NCBI RefSeq assembly: GCF_001194135.2
Contig: NC_068992.1
Span: forward strand, 66,388,851 to 66,452,850
DNA from: Octopus bimaculoides
Lineage: Eukaryota
Direction: 5' to 3'
DNA: 64,000 nt
A program made the translations under genes and the position numbers. The notes below the pieces were generated by a model. It saw nothing but the letters and a program-made list of their open reading frames with translations. It was not told the DNA's origin and made no database searches. This document shows, one piece after another, positions 49,651-63,613 of the stretch (the stretch's first letter is position 1; each line of letters begins with the position of its first letter).

Positions 49651-50849
49651 AATGATAATAAACAAGGATTAAAATCAAAATTACCTCTATAGGAGATTCC
49701 AGTTTTTTTCTTTTCTTTTCTTTTTTTTGGTAACTTTTAAAATTCAAAACACAAAAACAAACTTATTTGTTTTTTTTTTCTCTTCTTTATTACAACCATT
49801 TGTTGTTTTGTAGTTTTTAGTTATGATAAATATAAAATTGAAATGTTTTAACTGTCAAAGCAATGTTAGTGACATGTGACTGTTCCATTTTACTGTATTT
49901 ATTTTTAATTTGGTTATTTCTGCAATTTACTTTCAGAAACCATTTAATTCTATTTTGATGACCTTGGACACTACCATATGGAGAGACTAAATTGTTTTCC
50001 ATCTTTTTTTAAACACTGTATATTGTTCTTTCTCATAAGTTCATTCCCACCACCACCACCACCTCTGTTCATGTCTTTGCTCTATGTTTATTGTTTCCTG
50101 TAATTATTCTTCATAGGAATGGCTCACCAGAGTCTTTCTGTTTTGTTTTATCTTCTAATAGCTTCTTATTTATACCCCCACTTCCTTTGTTTTTTGTGTG
50201 TGTGATTCACAAGTATTTTTTGTTCTCTTTGACTGTTTCTTGGATCTCAGTCCTAAATTGTTGAAGGATTTCTTTTTACATCAATTTACATGAGGAGAGA
50301 TATCAACTTTTTTTTTGTGATTTGAAAAAATATTAATAGATATTTTCTATTTTAAGCCTTTCTTGACTGTATTCCTAATACACACATCATAGGTTTCGAC
50401 TGAATTCAAAAATAATCAAGGATTTGAAGGAATTTAGGAAGTGAACGTTTTGGAATGTCACTTAACAAAAGGATTTTACATAAACTTATGAGGGGAAGGT
50501 TTAATTTAAATATGAACATTTTAATACGAGAGCTCTTTGTATCAGAGCACCATAGGCAGTCTCAATTGGATTGATATCAAATGGTTTAATGGATATGAAA
50601 GTGTTCTGTTATACAATACTATAAAAATTAGCCACACAATTTGAGTTAGAAAATCTTCTGCATTAGGTTTTGTTGTATGGAATTTTGATTCAAAAACACT
50701 TTGAATCCAGACATAGTTTCTTATGAAATTAAGAGAACAAAACAAAATCTTTTATTGTATTTTCTACTAAATCTGAGGCTCTCTTTAATCTGAGAGTTTC
50801 CTGTGGTATGGTTAAATTCTTCTTTAGCAAAGAAACATATAATTAGCAT

Positions 50850-51060
50850 TAATACTGGTTTCAAATTTTGGCACAGGGCCAGCAATTTTGGTTACATTGA
50901 CCCCAGCATTCAACTGGTACTTATTCTATCAACCCCAAAGGGAAGAAAGGCAAAGTTGACCTCGGTGGAATTTGAACTAAGAATGTGAAGATAGATGAAA
51001 TGTTGCTTAACAATTTGCCCGGCTTGTTAATGATTCTGCTAGCTCACTGCCTTCTAATTG
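50850..51060 (-). mobile_element. SINE family B, antisense
   Basis: GGTTTCAAATTTTGGCACAGGGCCAGC...GGCAAAGTTGACCTCGGTGGAATTTGAAC...GATTCTGCTAGCTCACTGCCTT. Confidence 0.88.
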
Positions 51061-51419
51061 GTATTAATATTATGCATAAAGAACAACTGAAGTAAAAGCA
51101 ATGAAAGGATATGCATCAGTAATTCTTTTTATAAAAAGCAAATTCTCAGAAATGTGACCAGTGACCTGGTTTAATTTCCTCTACATCCTGTTGCCACAAA
51201 AAGTAAGCAACATTTCTGTGAGGAAACTATTGCAATCAATAAATATGATCTTAAAAAATATTAACAAAAAAAAAAAATTCTCAAAAAGCAAGAAAGAAAA
51301 ACAACTTGATGGAAAGTAGAGCAGGTCATTACAAAATGTGTTTATTTTTTTATTACCTATTCCCACTTCTCTTGATTCCACTCCCTCTCTCAACTAAGGC
51401 TCTTTCTCTTGCAAGTTAC

Positions 51420-51705
51420 TTGGCAACTCTGTTGGTGCTGGGGCCACATAAAAAGTACCTGTGCTGGTGCCATGTAAAAAGCACCGGTGCTGGTACCATG
51501 TAGAAAGCATTGGTACTATTGCTACATAAAATGCACACAATACACTCTACAAAGTGGTTGGTATTAAAAAGGACATCCAGCTGTAGAAACCATGCCAAAA
51601 CCTACAATGGGGCATGGTGCAGTTTCTGGCCTTGCTAGCTCCTGTTAAACCAGCCAACCCGTACTAGGATGGAAAATGGACATTAGAAGATGATGATGAT
51701 GATGA
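51420..51705 (+). mobile_element. SINE family C variant, sense, with internal GTGCTGGTGCCA.GTAAAAAGCA repeats and (GAT)n tail
   Basis: ACACTCT..AAAGTGGTTGG.ATTA..AAGGACATCCAGCTGTAGAAAC...GGAAAATGGACATTAGAAGATGATGATG. Confidence 0.8.
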
Positions 51706-53490
51706 TATAGATACTTTTTAAAACATGAAAAACATTTGTGAGAGATTCTATTAAAATTCTAAAGTATTAATTTTATGGATGAGAATATTGTCATTATGTA
51801 AATATTTATTTTGGTTGATAGAGTAATAATAATAATAATATAAATATGGGAGTATACCATAAAAAAAATGGCATTCATTATTTAAGTATTTCTATTTATT
51901 AATTTGTTAGAAGCTTAACATATTTGAGATGTTTCAAGTATTGACTAGCTTCAAAGATGGCTGCCTACATATTGTGAAAGGCAGGAATCACTTTCATTGT
52001 ACTTAATCTGAATAACTCAATAATGAGTATAATAAACCAAACTAATCAAATTCTATTACTACAATTATAACTTGGTGATACCATGCTCCATGTTGTTATT
52101 GTCAGTTCAGCTACTTTTCTCATTGATTTGCTTTGATAAATGATCAAGTGGTTACTACTGCACTAAGGGCATTATTGTATAGAGAAGGCTTCTACCTTTC
52201 TATAGTGATCCAGTTTAAGTATGACTTTTGTTCGTTCGTTATAAATGTTTATTTGCCATAACCATGGAGGAACTTCAATGAGGCGTATGATTAGAAGGAC
52301 CGGGGAGAAAACAATGGTAGTGAAATCAATATGGTGCTGGTCTTTTGGTTGAATGGGAAACCATATTGTCACCGGTGCTGTATTCTTGACAAAGAGATAT
52401 TACTTACTCAATAGTCCTAGCTAGAAATAAGTATTATGGGTGATACAGTTTACTACTTCAATAGAGTAGAAACACTGTGTTTTGTTTGATTACAGTGATG
52501 ATCTAAAATCCCTGCATCTTTTTATGAATCATTACATGATGATGATGATGATGCTGTATTCACTGGTGTATGAAATGAAATTCTTTTGGGTTGTTATTTT
52601 TACCTTTCTGATTTTTAAAAAAATGAGCAAAGAATTAAGTTTATTTGTCCTTAAGTTCTAATGTAATATTTCATTACAATCTTAATGTTGAATTGGCTTT
52701 TAAGATTATTATTTATGAGAGTGATTTACAATAGATTATTATTTATTAGATATAATGAGGTTTTTATTTTAAAAAATACTTAGAGGAGAAAAGATAGTGC
52801 CCCATTTTACAGGGTTGCTGAGACTGGTGGGAGTAAAGGAGGAAGAACCTGGCTTCTAATGCTTGTAACAGTGTTGGCTTCATTAGGGGTTTTTAAGGAC
52901 CAGATGGTGGTGTCTAGCCAAGTCACTGATTAAGTCTACCACTCCAAACAGGAATGGTTTCTCCACCAGGCTTCCATACAGTTTCCCTCTATCAAATTCA
53001 ACCTACATAGGTTTGGTTGAGCTGAAGCTAAAATGATATGAACTGAGATTGAACCAGAATCTTCTTGTCAACCACATAGCTATGCTTGCACCCACTTGTT
53101 GATTCAACAAATGCTGTGTCTTTTGAAGAAAAGCAAATATCTTAAAAGATTGAAGTAATTAAGAGGATAAGGCACTGCCTTTACTATTATTACTTTGTAA
53201 ACTCTTCATCTGGTCTGTACTTTATGACACTTGTGTTTAGAAGTCTCTGAATCTCCATTGAGCCCTGTCAATGTTGTCTGTGTTAGCAAAACTTCTTAGC
53301 AAACTGGTTTATTATGTGAAGCCTTTAATGGCTGTTTAGGGAATTTTGACAGTTAATTTCTTAAAGAAACTGCTACTGAAGTGGAACAGGAACAGGCAGC
53401 AACCTGAATTTCTAATCTTAAGAACTCTTGTTGCCATTACTATACAAGAAAACGTAAGAAACAACAAAACAAAAAAAGCCCCCTCAATTA

Positions 53491-53491
<1 letters not shown>

Positions 53492-53573
<82 letters not shown>
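53492..53573. repeat. (TG)n microsatellite
   Basis: Directly visible. Confidence 0.98.
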
Positions 53574-53576
<3 letters not shown>

Positions 53577-55126
53577 TAAACTAACAGGAAACTTCAAAGG
53601 AACTACAAGTGTTTGGTTTACAAGCCAGTCTCTTGTTTATAATGACCATGTCAAGACTATAAATTACATGAAATAATAAGAAATAACAAGAAAAATTGCT
53701 AACATCTTTTTTAGAATAAGAGACTTTCATTTAGAATCATCAGATGTGTAGATTAAGATATTTTGCTTATATTCTTTTAGATCTTCAGCCTATTTCAGCC
53801 ACCATGGCTGATGCCCATGCTGGAGCATTGCCTTTTACATAAAACCTTAAACCTTGTTGCTTGTAAGGCCAGAATGTATGGAAGTTAAAGGTTGTTTGAC
53901 TTTGTAGTTTGATAGTGAAATGCTATTTTTATGACCAATTTTTATTTTTAAAAGCTTGCACTAAGTCACATGTTTGTAAACAAATATCTGTCCTGTCAGA
54001 GACCTTAAGGAACATTTTATAGTTTCTTTTGAAATGGTTTCTTTTGGAGTTGAAGTAATAATGGAAGCATGGAAACTCATTTGGTAGCCAGACTAACTCA
54101 AAAAACGCCGAATTATTTGTCTTGTTTAGTGGTAAAATTTAATGGCAGTTTTAAAGTTTTGAACTCTCTGAGAGCGTGTTTAAAAGGCTAGACTTTTAAC
54201 CTTGTGTTGTACTTCATATAATTTGGTAAAATGTATCATGTGTTTTTCTCTGCTAATAAAAATGTATTATGAAATTCACCATTGAGACGAGTATTGTTTA
54301 TATTAGATGGTCATGTTTAACTAAACTTACTGTGTTTTTTATCTTTTATTTTTATCACAGTAACAACCAGAAGCTTATTGTTCTGTTTGTGGAACAACAA
54401 AAAGAAAAAAAAAACTAATTTTAGTTCTTGTTTATTTTACTAATATTGTAAGCTTGTGTTTGTATTATGGTCTATTCAAAAACAACTTGTGTGAAATAAA
54501 CTGTAGATTGTTCAACATACCATTCAAAGAACATGAAATTTTTTAACTCTTTACTGTAATAATGTATTCAATAACTGAGAGAATGCCCTCATGGCGTCTG
54601 ATACTGGGTGTATATATTAAATAAATGCTGTCAAAGCAAAGACATTACCTGTTACATATATGCACCCATCATTAAAATTAATTTCCAGCATTTTCCCTTC
54701 TCTGCAGGAAGCAACATGTCAAGCATGTTGGCTCCGTAAAAGGTTGAAGCTATTATATATTTTGAAATCTATTTAAGCAAGCAGTATGTGAGGAAAGTAA
54801 ATAGCAACTGTTTCACATGAGTAATTTCACTGAGGTTTGTGTATGGATGGGGGGAGTAAATAGTTTTATTGTATAACATGACTTCTTCTGTTGAAGCTAT
54901 CCAACTTACAAGAGATCATCTCTGCTGGAATACATCTGCCATTTGTGTTAATGTGGCAGTTTTTATTTGTTTCATCCTGAAAATGGTTAATCTAAAGTGA
55001 AGATAACAAAATTGATTCTCAGTAGCATTTACAAATGTTAATCTGGTGCTAACCCCTAAATAATTTCCGGTTTCTTTAGTTGTCTTGTTACTGTCCTAGC
55101 AACAACTTTGCACACTATTCCAGTAC

Positions 55127-55164
<38 letters not shown>

Positions 55165-55529
55165 GATGTGCAATATGTAGAAATGGGTGTCATATATTTT
55201 TTTTAATTTACAAAATTAGAAGGAAAAGAGGTTGTGATCTTTTTCAATGAATCCTTATAATTTCTAATTTAGTTACAAGTTTTAGGATTTTTACTAAATT
55301 TTTTATAGTTTGAAACTTTTTAATTTATTTCACCTGGTGGTGAATTAAAAATTTTACATAAGCACCAGGGCACTTAATCTGTGGTTCTGGCAAAATGATT
55401 TTGTAAATAAAGATCTTGCTTGGTCTCATAAAAAATATGAATTCAAATCAAAACAGCATATTCCCTTCACAGAGTGAGAGAGAGTGTGTGTGTATGGGGC
55501 GGGGGGAGGTACAGTGTAAAATTTTAATA

Positions 55530-55720
55530 ATCATTATTTTGAATTTGGGCAGAATGCCAGCAATTTTAATGGAAGGGCTTTAGTTAATTACAGTGATCCC
55601 AGTACAAGATTGGTACTTTATTGCATTGATTTTGGAGGGACAAATGGTAAAGTTGACCTCAGTGGCATTTGAACTCAGGACATAAAAAAGACTGGAAGAA
55701 ATACCATAAGGCCTTTGCAA
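55530..55720 (-). mobile_element. SINE family B, antisense, diverged
   Basis: GAATTTGGGCAGAATGCCAGCAATTTT...GGTAAAGTTGACCTCAGTGGCATTTGAACTCAG. Confidence 0.75.
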
Positions 55721-55786
55721 TATTTCTACTTACCAATTCTTCTTTGGTTCAGAAACAATAAACTATTTCTTTTTCTACTTTTCCAG

Positions 55787-55841
55787 ATATTTGGATTTAC
55801 ATACACCTTGGATTACCTCTTTTCAAAAGAACTCAGATTTG
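55787..55841 (+). CDS. Candidate 55-nt internal exon (preferred frame xYLDLHTPWITSFQKNSDL; all three frames open)
   Basis: tatttctttttctacttttccag|ATATTTGG...CAGATTTG|gtaaga; very strong splice signals; product not recognised. Confidence 0.55.
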
Positions 55842-56002
55842 GTAAGAATTATCTTAGTTTGTATTCTCACTTTCAATTAAAATTATGAATAATTGTCTTA
55901 CTACAATTTTGTTGGTGAAAAGAATTAAATTCCATAAAAGTTTTGATCACGATTAGAACATGTTTAGTATTTTTTGATGTTTCAATCTGAAATGACAGAC
56001 AC

Positions 56003-56350
56003 AGGCATAGCATTGTGGTTGTGCAGTTTGCTCCTCAGCCACGTGACTTTGGGTTTAGCCCTACTTCATGGCATTTTGAGCAAGTGTCTGTAGTCCTGAA
56101 TTGATCAAAGCCTTGTGATTGGATTTGGTAGATGGAAACTGAAAGAAGCCCATCATGTGTGTGTGTGTTCAAATCTGCAATGGCCTATATGGAAGTGCAG
56201 TGGGTGATGGTGTTGTTAGTTTGACCTGTGAACAAATTGTCCTGGTGTCTTTGTGCCTTCAAAACCATGTGGCATAGATGATCCCTTACCTGAAAAACAA
56301 GTAAGGATTCAAGGAAGGGCGTCTGGCTGTAAACCAGGTTCATAGAACCC
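56003..56350 (+). mobile_element. Composite SINE: family A head plus tail type 2-like
   Basis: GATCAAAGCCTTGTGATTGGATTTGGTAGATGGAAACTGAAAGAAGCCC, (GT)n, then ATCCCTTACCTGAAAAACAAG..GGAAGGGCGTCTGGCTGTA. Confidence 0.75.
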
Positions 56351-56579
56351 AAACATAGAAAAAGAATGCAGAATGAACAAATTTATTAATTTTTTTTCTG
56401 GCTGATATTTGTCAATGACAGAAATAATTGATTGATTAAGGAAATTGAAATTATAATATTGTTTCATATAGGAACTGGTACAATATTTAATTGATTTTAC
56501 ATCACACTCTATGCCTGCCACATGGCCACTTCTCTTGATTCTGTTCCTCCTCTCAGCTGAGAGGTGTTTGTCTTGCAAG

Positions 56580-56758
56580 CTACCTGGCAACACTGCGGGT
56601 GTTGGTGCCACATAAAAAGCACTCATGCTGGCACCTCGTAACGAAGAAGGGCATCCAGCAGTAGAAACTATGCCAAAACAGACAGTTGGAACCAGCTCCT
56701 GTGAAACTGTCCAACCCATGCCAGCATAGAAAATCTATGTTACATGATGATGATGATC
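56580..56758 (+). mobile_element. SINE family C, sense, internally shortened
   Basis: GTTGGTGCCACATAAAAAGCAC...GAAGGGCATCCAGCAGTAGAAAC...GTCCAACCCATGCCAGCATAGAAAA..(GAT)n. Confidence 0.8.
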
Positions 56759-57469
56759 ACATTTTGGTGAACAATACAGTTGGTGGTGATATGTTCTTCA
56801 TTGGTCCATTGTATTTCTGATTGCAGATACGACATGGATTATTTGTTTAACTTGGGCAGAACAAATATCACACAAACATTTCTATTTAAAAAGCACCAGT
56901 GCCCCAGCATGGCCACAGCTCATGAGCTGAAATTAGATAAAATGAAAAAAAAAAATGAATTTTATCAGTTTTCTCACTCTTACATCCTTTGCCAATCTAC
57001 AAAAACAAGACATGAAATTGTTCTCTGTCTTTTGTTCTGTTTGTTTAATCCGTTATATTGCTGAACATTACATAAATGGCTGTTATCTCTCAAACATTGA
57101 CGCTCTGTCTAACTATTTAGAATTTACAGATATTAATCTGAGAAAAAGTAAAAATAAAAGCCTCCACTTTACTAACATAAAAATATAAACTAGTTTAATA
57201 AATTGTTTAACAATATTTATTTCTTACAGGCATCTTTGAATTTAGAAAGTTTTATTTTTTTTTTCTCTATTTTATCTTTTGTTAAAAGGTTTTACAATTG
57301 CTGTGTATTAAAAATAATTAATTAATTAAATTAAGTAATTAATTAATTTCAATGTGAAACATTTCTTTATGATTTAAATATTGTTTCATAATAAAGAATG
57401 TAGATTCATGATTTTTATGTTGCACCACATGTGTTTAATTAAACTTAGATTCAAATTTTGACATCACAT

Positions 57470-57670
57470 CGCAGTTTTTTTTTGGTGGGGGGGAACTACA
57501 TTGATTGCATCGACCCCAGTGATCAGTTGGTATTTATTTTATTGACTCTAAAAGGATGAAAGGCAAAGTTGACAGCAGCAGAATTTCAACTCAAAATGTA
57601 GAGATGGATGAAATGCCGCTAAGCATGTTGGCTGGCATGCTAATGATTCTGCCAGCTCACCACCTTAATT
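57470..57670 (-). mobile_element. SINE family B, antisense
   Basis: ATCGACCCCAGTG...GGATGAAAGGCAAAGTTGAC...GAAATGCCGCTAAGCAT...ATGCTAATGATTCTGCCAGCTCACCACCTT. Confidence 0.9.
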
Positions 57671-58057
57671 AGTGTAATTATTATCAATGTAATTAAAGTT
57701 AGTCTTAATTAAGGTTAATGTTAATTATGATTAGTCTAATTAATTATTTGAATTCTTCTCTAAGTTGTAGGATGAAGGTAAAATGTCGAAGGGAGGCGAC
57801 ATTATTCGAAAAAGAAGCCATCAAAGTGTTTAGAACAGGATTTTGAGAGGTGAAAAAGTCAGATTGAGGGTCCTGGAAGGAGGAAGAAATTGTTGTCTTG
57901 AATAGATTTCTATAAACATGGAGGTGGTATCACTTCAGATGTGTAGAAAATGTTCTTGCATTATAAGAGACTCTGGGAAGATGCAGATTGATATTAAGCC
58001 ATAGCTTTATAGAATTTTCACAAGGGGAAATCTTGCGTGTGTGTGTGTGTGTGTGTG

Positions 58058-58166
58058 NNNNNNNNNNNNNNNNNNNNNNNNNNNNNNNNNNNNNNNNNNN
58101 NNNNNNNNNNNNNNNNNNNNNNNNNNNNNNNNNNNNNNNNNNNNNNNNNNNNNNNNNNNNNNNNNN
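58058..58166. other. Assembly gap (N run) after (GT)n
   Basis: 109 N. Confidence 1.
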
Positions 58167-58538
58167 TCACATAAAAAGCACCATTCAACTGTGATCGTTG
58201 TCAACGTTGCCTTGCTGGCACATGTGCCGGTGGCACGTGAAAACATTTGAGTGTGGTCGTTCCCAGTCCCACTGGACTGGCTCCCATGCAGGTAGCACGT
58301 AAAAAAACACCTTTTGAGTGTGGTCATTGCCAGAACCACCTGACTGGCCCTCGTGCCAGTGGCATGTAAAAGCACCCACTACACTCTCGGAGTGGTTGGC
58401 GTTAGGAAGGGCGTCCAGCTGTAGAAACTTTGCCAGATCAGATTGAACCTGGTGTAGCCTTCTGGCTCACCAGACCTCAGTCAAACCATCCAACCCATGC
58501 CAGCATGGAAAGCAGACGTTAAATGACAATGATGATAT
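58167..58538 (+). mobile_element. SINE family C, long young sense copy
   Basis: Reverse complement of 30494-30840; ends CCAACCCATGCCAGCATGGAAAGCAGACGTTAAATGACAATGATGAT. Confidence 0.92.
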
Positions 58539-58705
58539 ATATATGCATGCATATATGTAATGTATTGTTCCATTATTAGTGGGATCAACAAAGAAGTACT
58601 CCATCCAGTGAGAGATAAATATTTTAATGTACACAGGATTTAAATGCAAGCTACGAAAGATTGTCTGACCATTGTATTTCCAGAGGCATGAAACTAATAG
58701 CTCAC

Positions 58706-58779
<74 letters not shown>

Positions 58780-61559
58780 CTTATGTCTCAGTATGGAGAA
58801 TGGATGCTGGAGCAACAAATGTTAATTAAGTTGTTATTCATTGTAAAACTAACATGTAATGCTGTTTGTTGTCTGCTAGAAAAATTTTCATTTGACATTC
58901 AGACATTCATCATTACAGAATGGAAAATTAACTGTTTTTCTAACTTTGTCAAGACTCACTATTATGACAAAAGAAGGAATGAATTTATAATTAATATAAA
59001 GAGCAGAACTCATTATTTTCTGTTAGCCTCACATCATCATCAATCACTTATGTTTCTTTCTATAATCAATCTCATCGTTAATAGAATCGTCCATATAATT
59101 GGTTTTCATTTCAAAGCTTTAACCATTAGTCTTTCACAATCAATGTGGAAAGATAGCAACAACAATACCAGCAATACTAGCAGAGTTATAATTTGCAACT
59201 GTGACTTAAGACTTCATTGTCTTCATTGATCTGCTAATATAAATTAATGGAGGAATTGAAATTTGAAACACTCTTACTCGTATATGGTTGTCTTAGAATT
59301 ACATTTACCTTGTTTATGGTTCTAAGCTCTTTTTTGTTTGTTTATTTTGTGAAAATTATTAAGACCAAACAAGATTCAATATCCATTTCCAAATTTTATA
59401 TTAAATTACTATATCCATTTAGAAAGAAATCAGATTAATACTTTTCAGACGAGAGTTAAGAATTCCATACCTAGTTTTGTTTTTCAAAGTATGCATGATT
59501 CCTGTCAGTTTTACTGCTTTCAGTTGTAAACTATAAAAGGTTGGTGTCTTTTTTGGGATACATTTAAAAGATCATCCTCATTATTAATATTGAGTTAAAA
59601 TAAACCCGTTATCTCCAAACTGCATCATACCGATTAGTGACATTGGTACAGTGTGGTGGTATGGCAGGGGAGGTGGAAGTATCTGTGGAATTATCACAGT
59701 ATACCAATCCTTTTTTTTTTTTTTTACATCAGTTTAGAATATTTCTTTATCTTATTTCAATTTCAGGTCAGCAAACATGTTCTTAGCTACATCTCTGTTT
59801 CCTTGGTATTGGCTAAACTGACATTTGGGCCATGTTTATGGCTTTGGTTTTAGTATCGGCCGAATGCTTATTGTGTATTGGACACTTCTAAAATCTTGTA
59901 CTTTTTGATACATTTTGTTCTTGCTATCTTTCTAAGAATTTGTTTTGTTTATTTTGAAACTACATGTATATTCCTGCAGGCTGTTTCTTAGGCCATGCTG
60001 ACCTGCTAAGATAAATTTAAGAGAAGTAATAGAGTTTGGTTAATGGCACCAACATGTGTCTGGGATGCAGAGGAAGTAGATCCATTTTCTTAACTGGAAT
60101 TCTATTTAATACAAATCTGCTATAAAAGTTTATACTTGAGATTTGTAACAACATCAGTTAAAATCATTAGAAAGTTTTACTTAAAGCAACCAAACTTGTT
60201 TTCAGGGTTTACATTCTGATGAAGTAGTAACCTGAAGATTTCCAATTAAATGACTTGTATGGCTTGAGTTTTAATAAAATCAAAATGATATTAACATTAA
60301 AGAGTAATATGAATTTCTGCTCTGACTAAATTATAACTATCTGCACCTTACCTGTTATAATAAGCAAGATGTAAATCATCCTAAAGAAGGGTTTATAATT
60401 GAGTTTCTCTAAAGAAATTTCTTTATTTAATGGCTTAAATCAATTTCCATATTAAAATTGGGTTTAAATTTGTTTTAGTATATTTTTATACCCAAATGTG
60501 CACCTCAATATTTTTTGGTGTTGGTTTTAGCAGAGTAGAGAAAACTGGTACAATATTTTTTTATAAATTTTAAAATTGATGGAACATTGAATGTTAAAAT
60601 ATTAAATGTATTTTAATCACTGAGTTTTATCTGAACAGATCAGTATGGCTAGATCTTTTGAAGCCAATAATGCAAAACAATTGTTGTATGATAGAAATAG
60701 CAGTAAAATCTATCTCAAACCAAACACTACTGTGTTTTGAAAAAGTAAAGAGACATCGAATAATGTACTTCTAAATACTGTTTGGGTGGTAGATTTAATG
60801 TTATCCATTGTAACACTGTTACCTGACCCTTGGGTGTCTCTAGTGGAGTCCACCGTATTGTAAGCATTTGAGCTAAGTCTGGGGTCAATCCATTAGTAAT
60901 GGTTTCTTCCTCTTTTCCAGAGTGAGGCTAACATTCTGCTTTGTGGAGCTAAGCTTAGAAACCAGTGTTAGTTATTTTTGAGATGAACTATTGACATCAG
61001 TAAATAAAAGATACATGTTTCTTTTGCTTTGTTTGCTTTATGTATTTCTTTAAAAAAAACTTTAGTATTTCATGCCATAAGAAGAGAGGTGTTTAGTAAT
61101 AAAAGAAAAAAATTAACTCACTTTTGAAATACAAAATATTTCAAGTTTTTACAAATTTCCTTACATGCTGCACTAATGTCTCTGTGTAATTAGATTGTTA
61201 CCTAATTTAGAAAGCAATTAAGCTGTAAAGGTTTACTGAAAATATCTCTAGTTGGTGAATATTCTCTCATGCAAGTAATTAGTATTTTGTACCTTTTTAA
61301 CTTGATGACCTCATTAAAAGCTTTTGGTAATCAAATTAAATTTAAAATAGTGTTAGCCTAACTATACTTCTTATGTTGTTTTTTTTTTTTTTTACTAGAA
61401 TGTTGAGATTAGTTTTAAGAACATCAATTTTACAGTTTCAACAAAGATTAGCAAGCAGTAATTACTGTCACTTTATGGTTATTTAAAATTTTAATCTTCT
61501 TTTTCTAATTTTTTTGTTTCTTGTTCATACAACATGCAGGATATGTTGAAATAATATTA

Positions 61560-61574
61560 ACACACACACACACA

Positions 61575-61667
<93 letters not shown>
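61560..61667. repeat. (CA)n(CT)n compound microsatellite
   Basis: Directly visible. Confidence 0.98.
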
Positions 61668-61671
<4 letters not shown>

Positions 61672-62384
61672 TAATCATTGGGTGTGAGTGTAGGATTTGT
61701 CAATGGCCATGCATATTATATTTTTGTTATAGCGCATCACTATCAGATATACAGACCTATGTATTATGATCCTTGAGATAAATCTCTGTAATGCCTGCGT
61801 TATCAACAGTCGCGCCTTACTATATATGGCCAATAACAGAAGGTAGAATTTGGTTACACAGCAACAGCCCAGCTATAATAATTTCATATGCAGTAGTTAT
61901 TCAAAACTATCTTTTCCTCTCTGTCACTCAGAAGTGTCACTTTTTTCCCCCTTCTGTTGATAAGGTTTCTGAACAACGAAGAGGGAACATATAAATACAT
62001 AATTCTATTTTCAGATATCCTCTGATTCTACATTCTGTTACCTCATGCAATGTTTGATGTCATATTTCACTTTGTAGCAAGTTTCTTCCATTTTGTGTGG
62101 TCTAAAGAATCACACACACACATGTATACACACATATACACATGTGCGCACACATGGTTTCTACACTTCTAAACTTTAAGTTATATATCAGTAGATTAGT
62201 TTTTTTCTATATCTTCAAATGTCTATTTTTGGGGTTTTGTTTTTATCTTTGATAAGAAACTTAGCCATTCCTACTTATGAAATTTAGGGTTTTTTAAATT
62301 CTGAATCTGATTCTTAGCAAAAACGAAAAGTCAAACTAAAACAGAGTAGATCATTGTGATGTATATTATCATCATTGTTGTTTC

Positions 62385-62597
62385 ACTGTCCCCTTTTCCA
62401 TGCTTGCAGGAGTCGGATGGAATTGGTTGAGGCAGCCTGTCACTAGCCCTTAATTCTTTTAAAGCAAGGTGATAATTTCCCCATGGGCCAGACATGGTTT
62501 CTATGGAAGACTGGAAACAAACAATCTCACTTGTATGATGGTGATGCTCTTTTACAATCATCAGATGATGTAAAAACAAGTGTGTGTGTGTGTGTGT

Positions 62598-62679
<82 letters not shown>

Positions 62680-62830
62680 TGGATGATGATGATTAAGCTT
62701 CTTTCAGTTTCCATTTTGCCAAGTCCATTCACAAGTCTTTGGTTGGTCTCCGGCTATAGTAGAAGACCTTTGTCCAAGGTGCCATACAGTGGGACTGAAC
62801 TCCGGACAACATGGCTGGGAACCAAGTTGG
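62385..62830 (-). mobile_element. Composite SINE (family A head plus tail type 2), antisense, with (TG)n(CA)n core
   Basis: 62385-62580 is the reverse tail, 62580-62678 the microsatellite, 62695-62830 the reverse head (CCAAGGTGCCATACAGTGGGACTGAAC). Confidence 0.85.
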
Positions 62831-62845
62831 ACTCAGGTTTTTGAG

Positions 62846-62992
62846 TGCGATGATGTTGTTAAACCTCCGTTAACAGTACCGTATGCAGGTCCTTTACGTT
62901 TTCTTTGACGCACAGGTAAATTTTTCACTATAGACCTTAATGGTTGTAAAGACACTATATCAGTGGATAGACTAAAAAAGGCCTTCATAGAG
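62846..62992 (+). mobile_element. Gypsy LTR-retrotransposon integrase C-terminal (GPY/F) fragment
   Basis: CDDVVKPPLTVPYAGPLRFL*RTGKFFTIDLNGCKDTISVDRLKKAFIE matches the 'KPPL.PPY.GPF.V..R..K.FTI..NG..DTVS.DRLKPA' motif; one stop. Confidence 0.8.
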
Positions 62993-63575
62993 AAAACTGT
63001 CCCTGTTCCCACTGCAGACAACACACACACACACACAGCATTACAAACATGGCCCATACACTCACCTTTACATTCCATGACTACCATTGGGATCGATCAG
63101 GCATCGGACAAGGATTCTGGATTACTTTTCTGTATTTTTTTTTACTTAAGTTTTGAGAGCGGTCAGATTCATTTTTAGTATTCTCACTTGTGAGAGCAGT
63201 CGAGTTTATTTCAGATATTCTCATTTTAAAAATCATCTTTGGCTAATCATTTAGAAGATGTTGGTGTTGCCTTGGCAGAGTTTTGTGCTCCTTGAGTGCT
63301 CTTGTTCTTCATTGTTTCCATTGACCTAATTGCAAGGAATTAGGTACCAGATCACATACCCTAGAAATCCTTCTTTATAGTTTAAGTGGCATTTTCATTC
63401 TGAGTTCAAATCTTGCCAAATTTAACTTCACCTCAAATCCTTCTTGATTCTTTTCTTTCACACTTGCTCTCATTTCTACTGCTTTATGAGAAGGTCATTG
63501 ATGGACTATTTCGTGCCCTCTGCCTTCATGAATTCGAGGAAAATGCAATGAGAGCTGAGAGCTTCTCCTTTACAG

Positions 63576-63587
63576 AAACAAGAGGTG
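63576..63587 (+). CDS. Candidate 12-nt microexon (KQEV), or 3' end of a longer exon from about 63491-63494
   Basis: gcttctcctttacag|AAACAAGAGGTG|gtgagt; strong donor, ambiguous acceptor choice. Confidence 0.3.
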
Positions 63588-63613
63588 GTGAGTATGAATG
63601 AGCCAATGTGTTG

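Noticed and set aside
55787-55841. Assignment of the gene to Rap1GAP (QKNSDL vs GoLoco-adjacent QNTDL) or to a P4-ATPase (IFGFTYT; LLCGAKLRN at about 60921)
   Set aside because: Matches are a few residues only, expected neighbouring motifs are absent, and the P4-ATPase-like pieces are in the wrong order. No gene symbol assigned.
57660-57745. Cluster of TAATTA homeodomain-like sites
   Set aside because: Low-complexity AT sequence, probably the tail of adjacent LINE debris; expected at this base composition.
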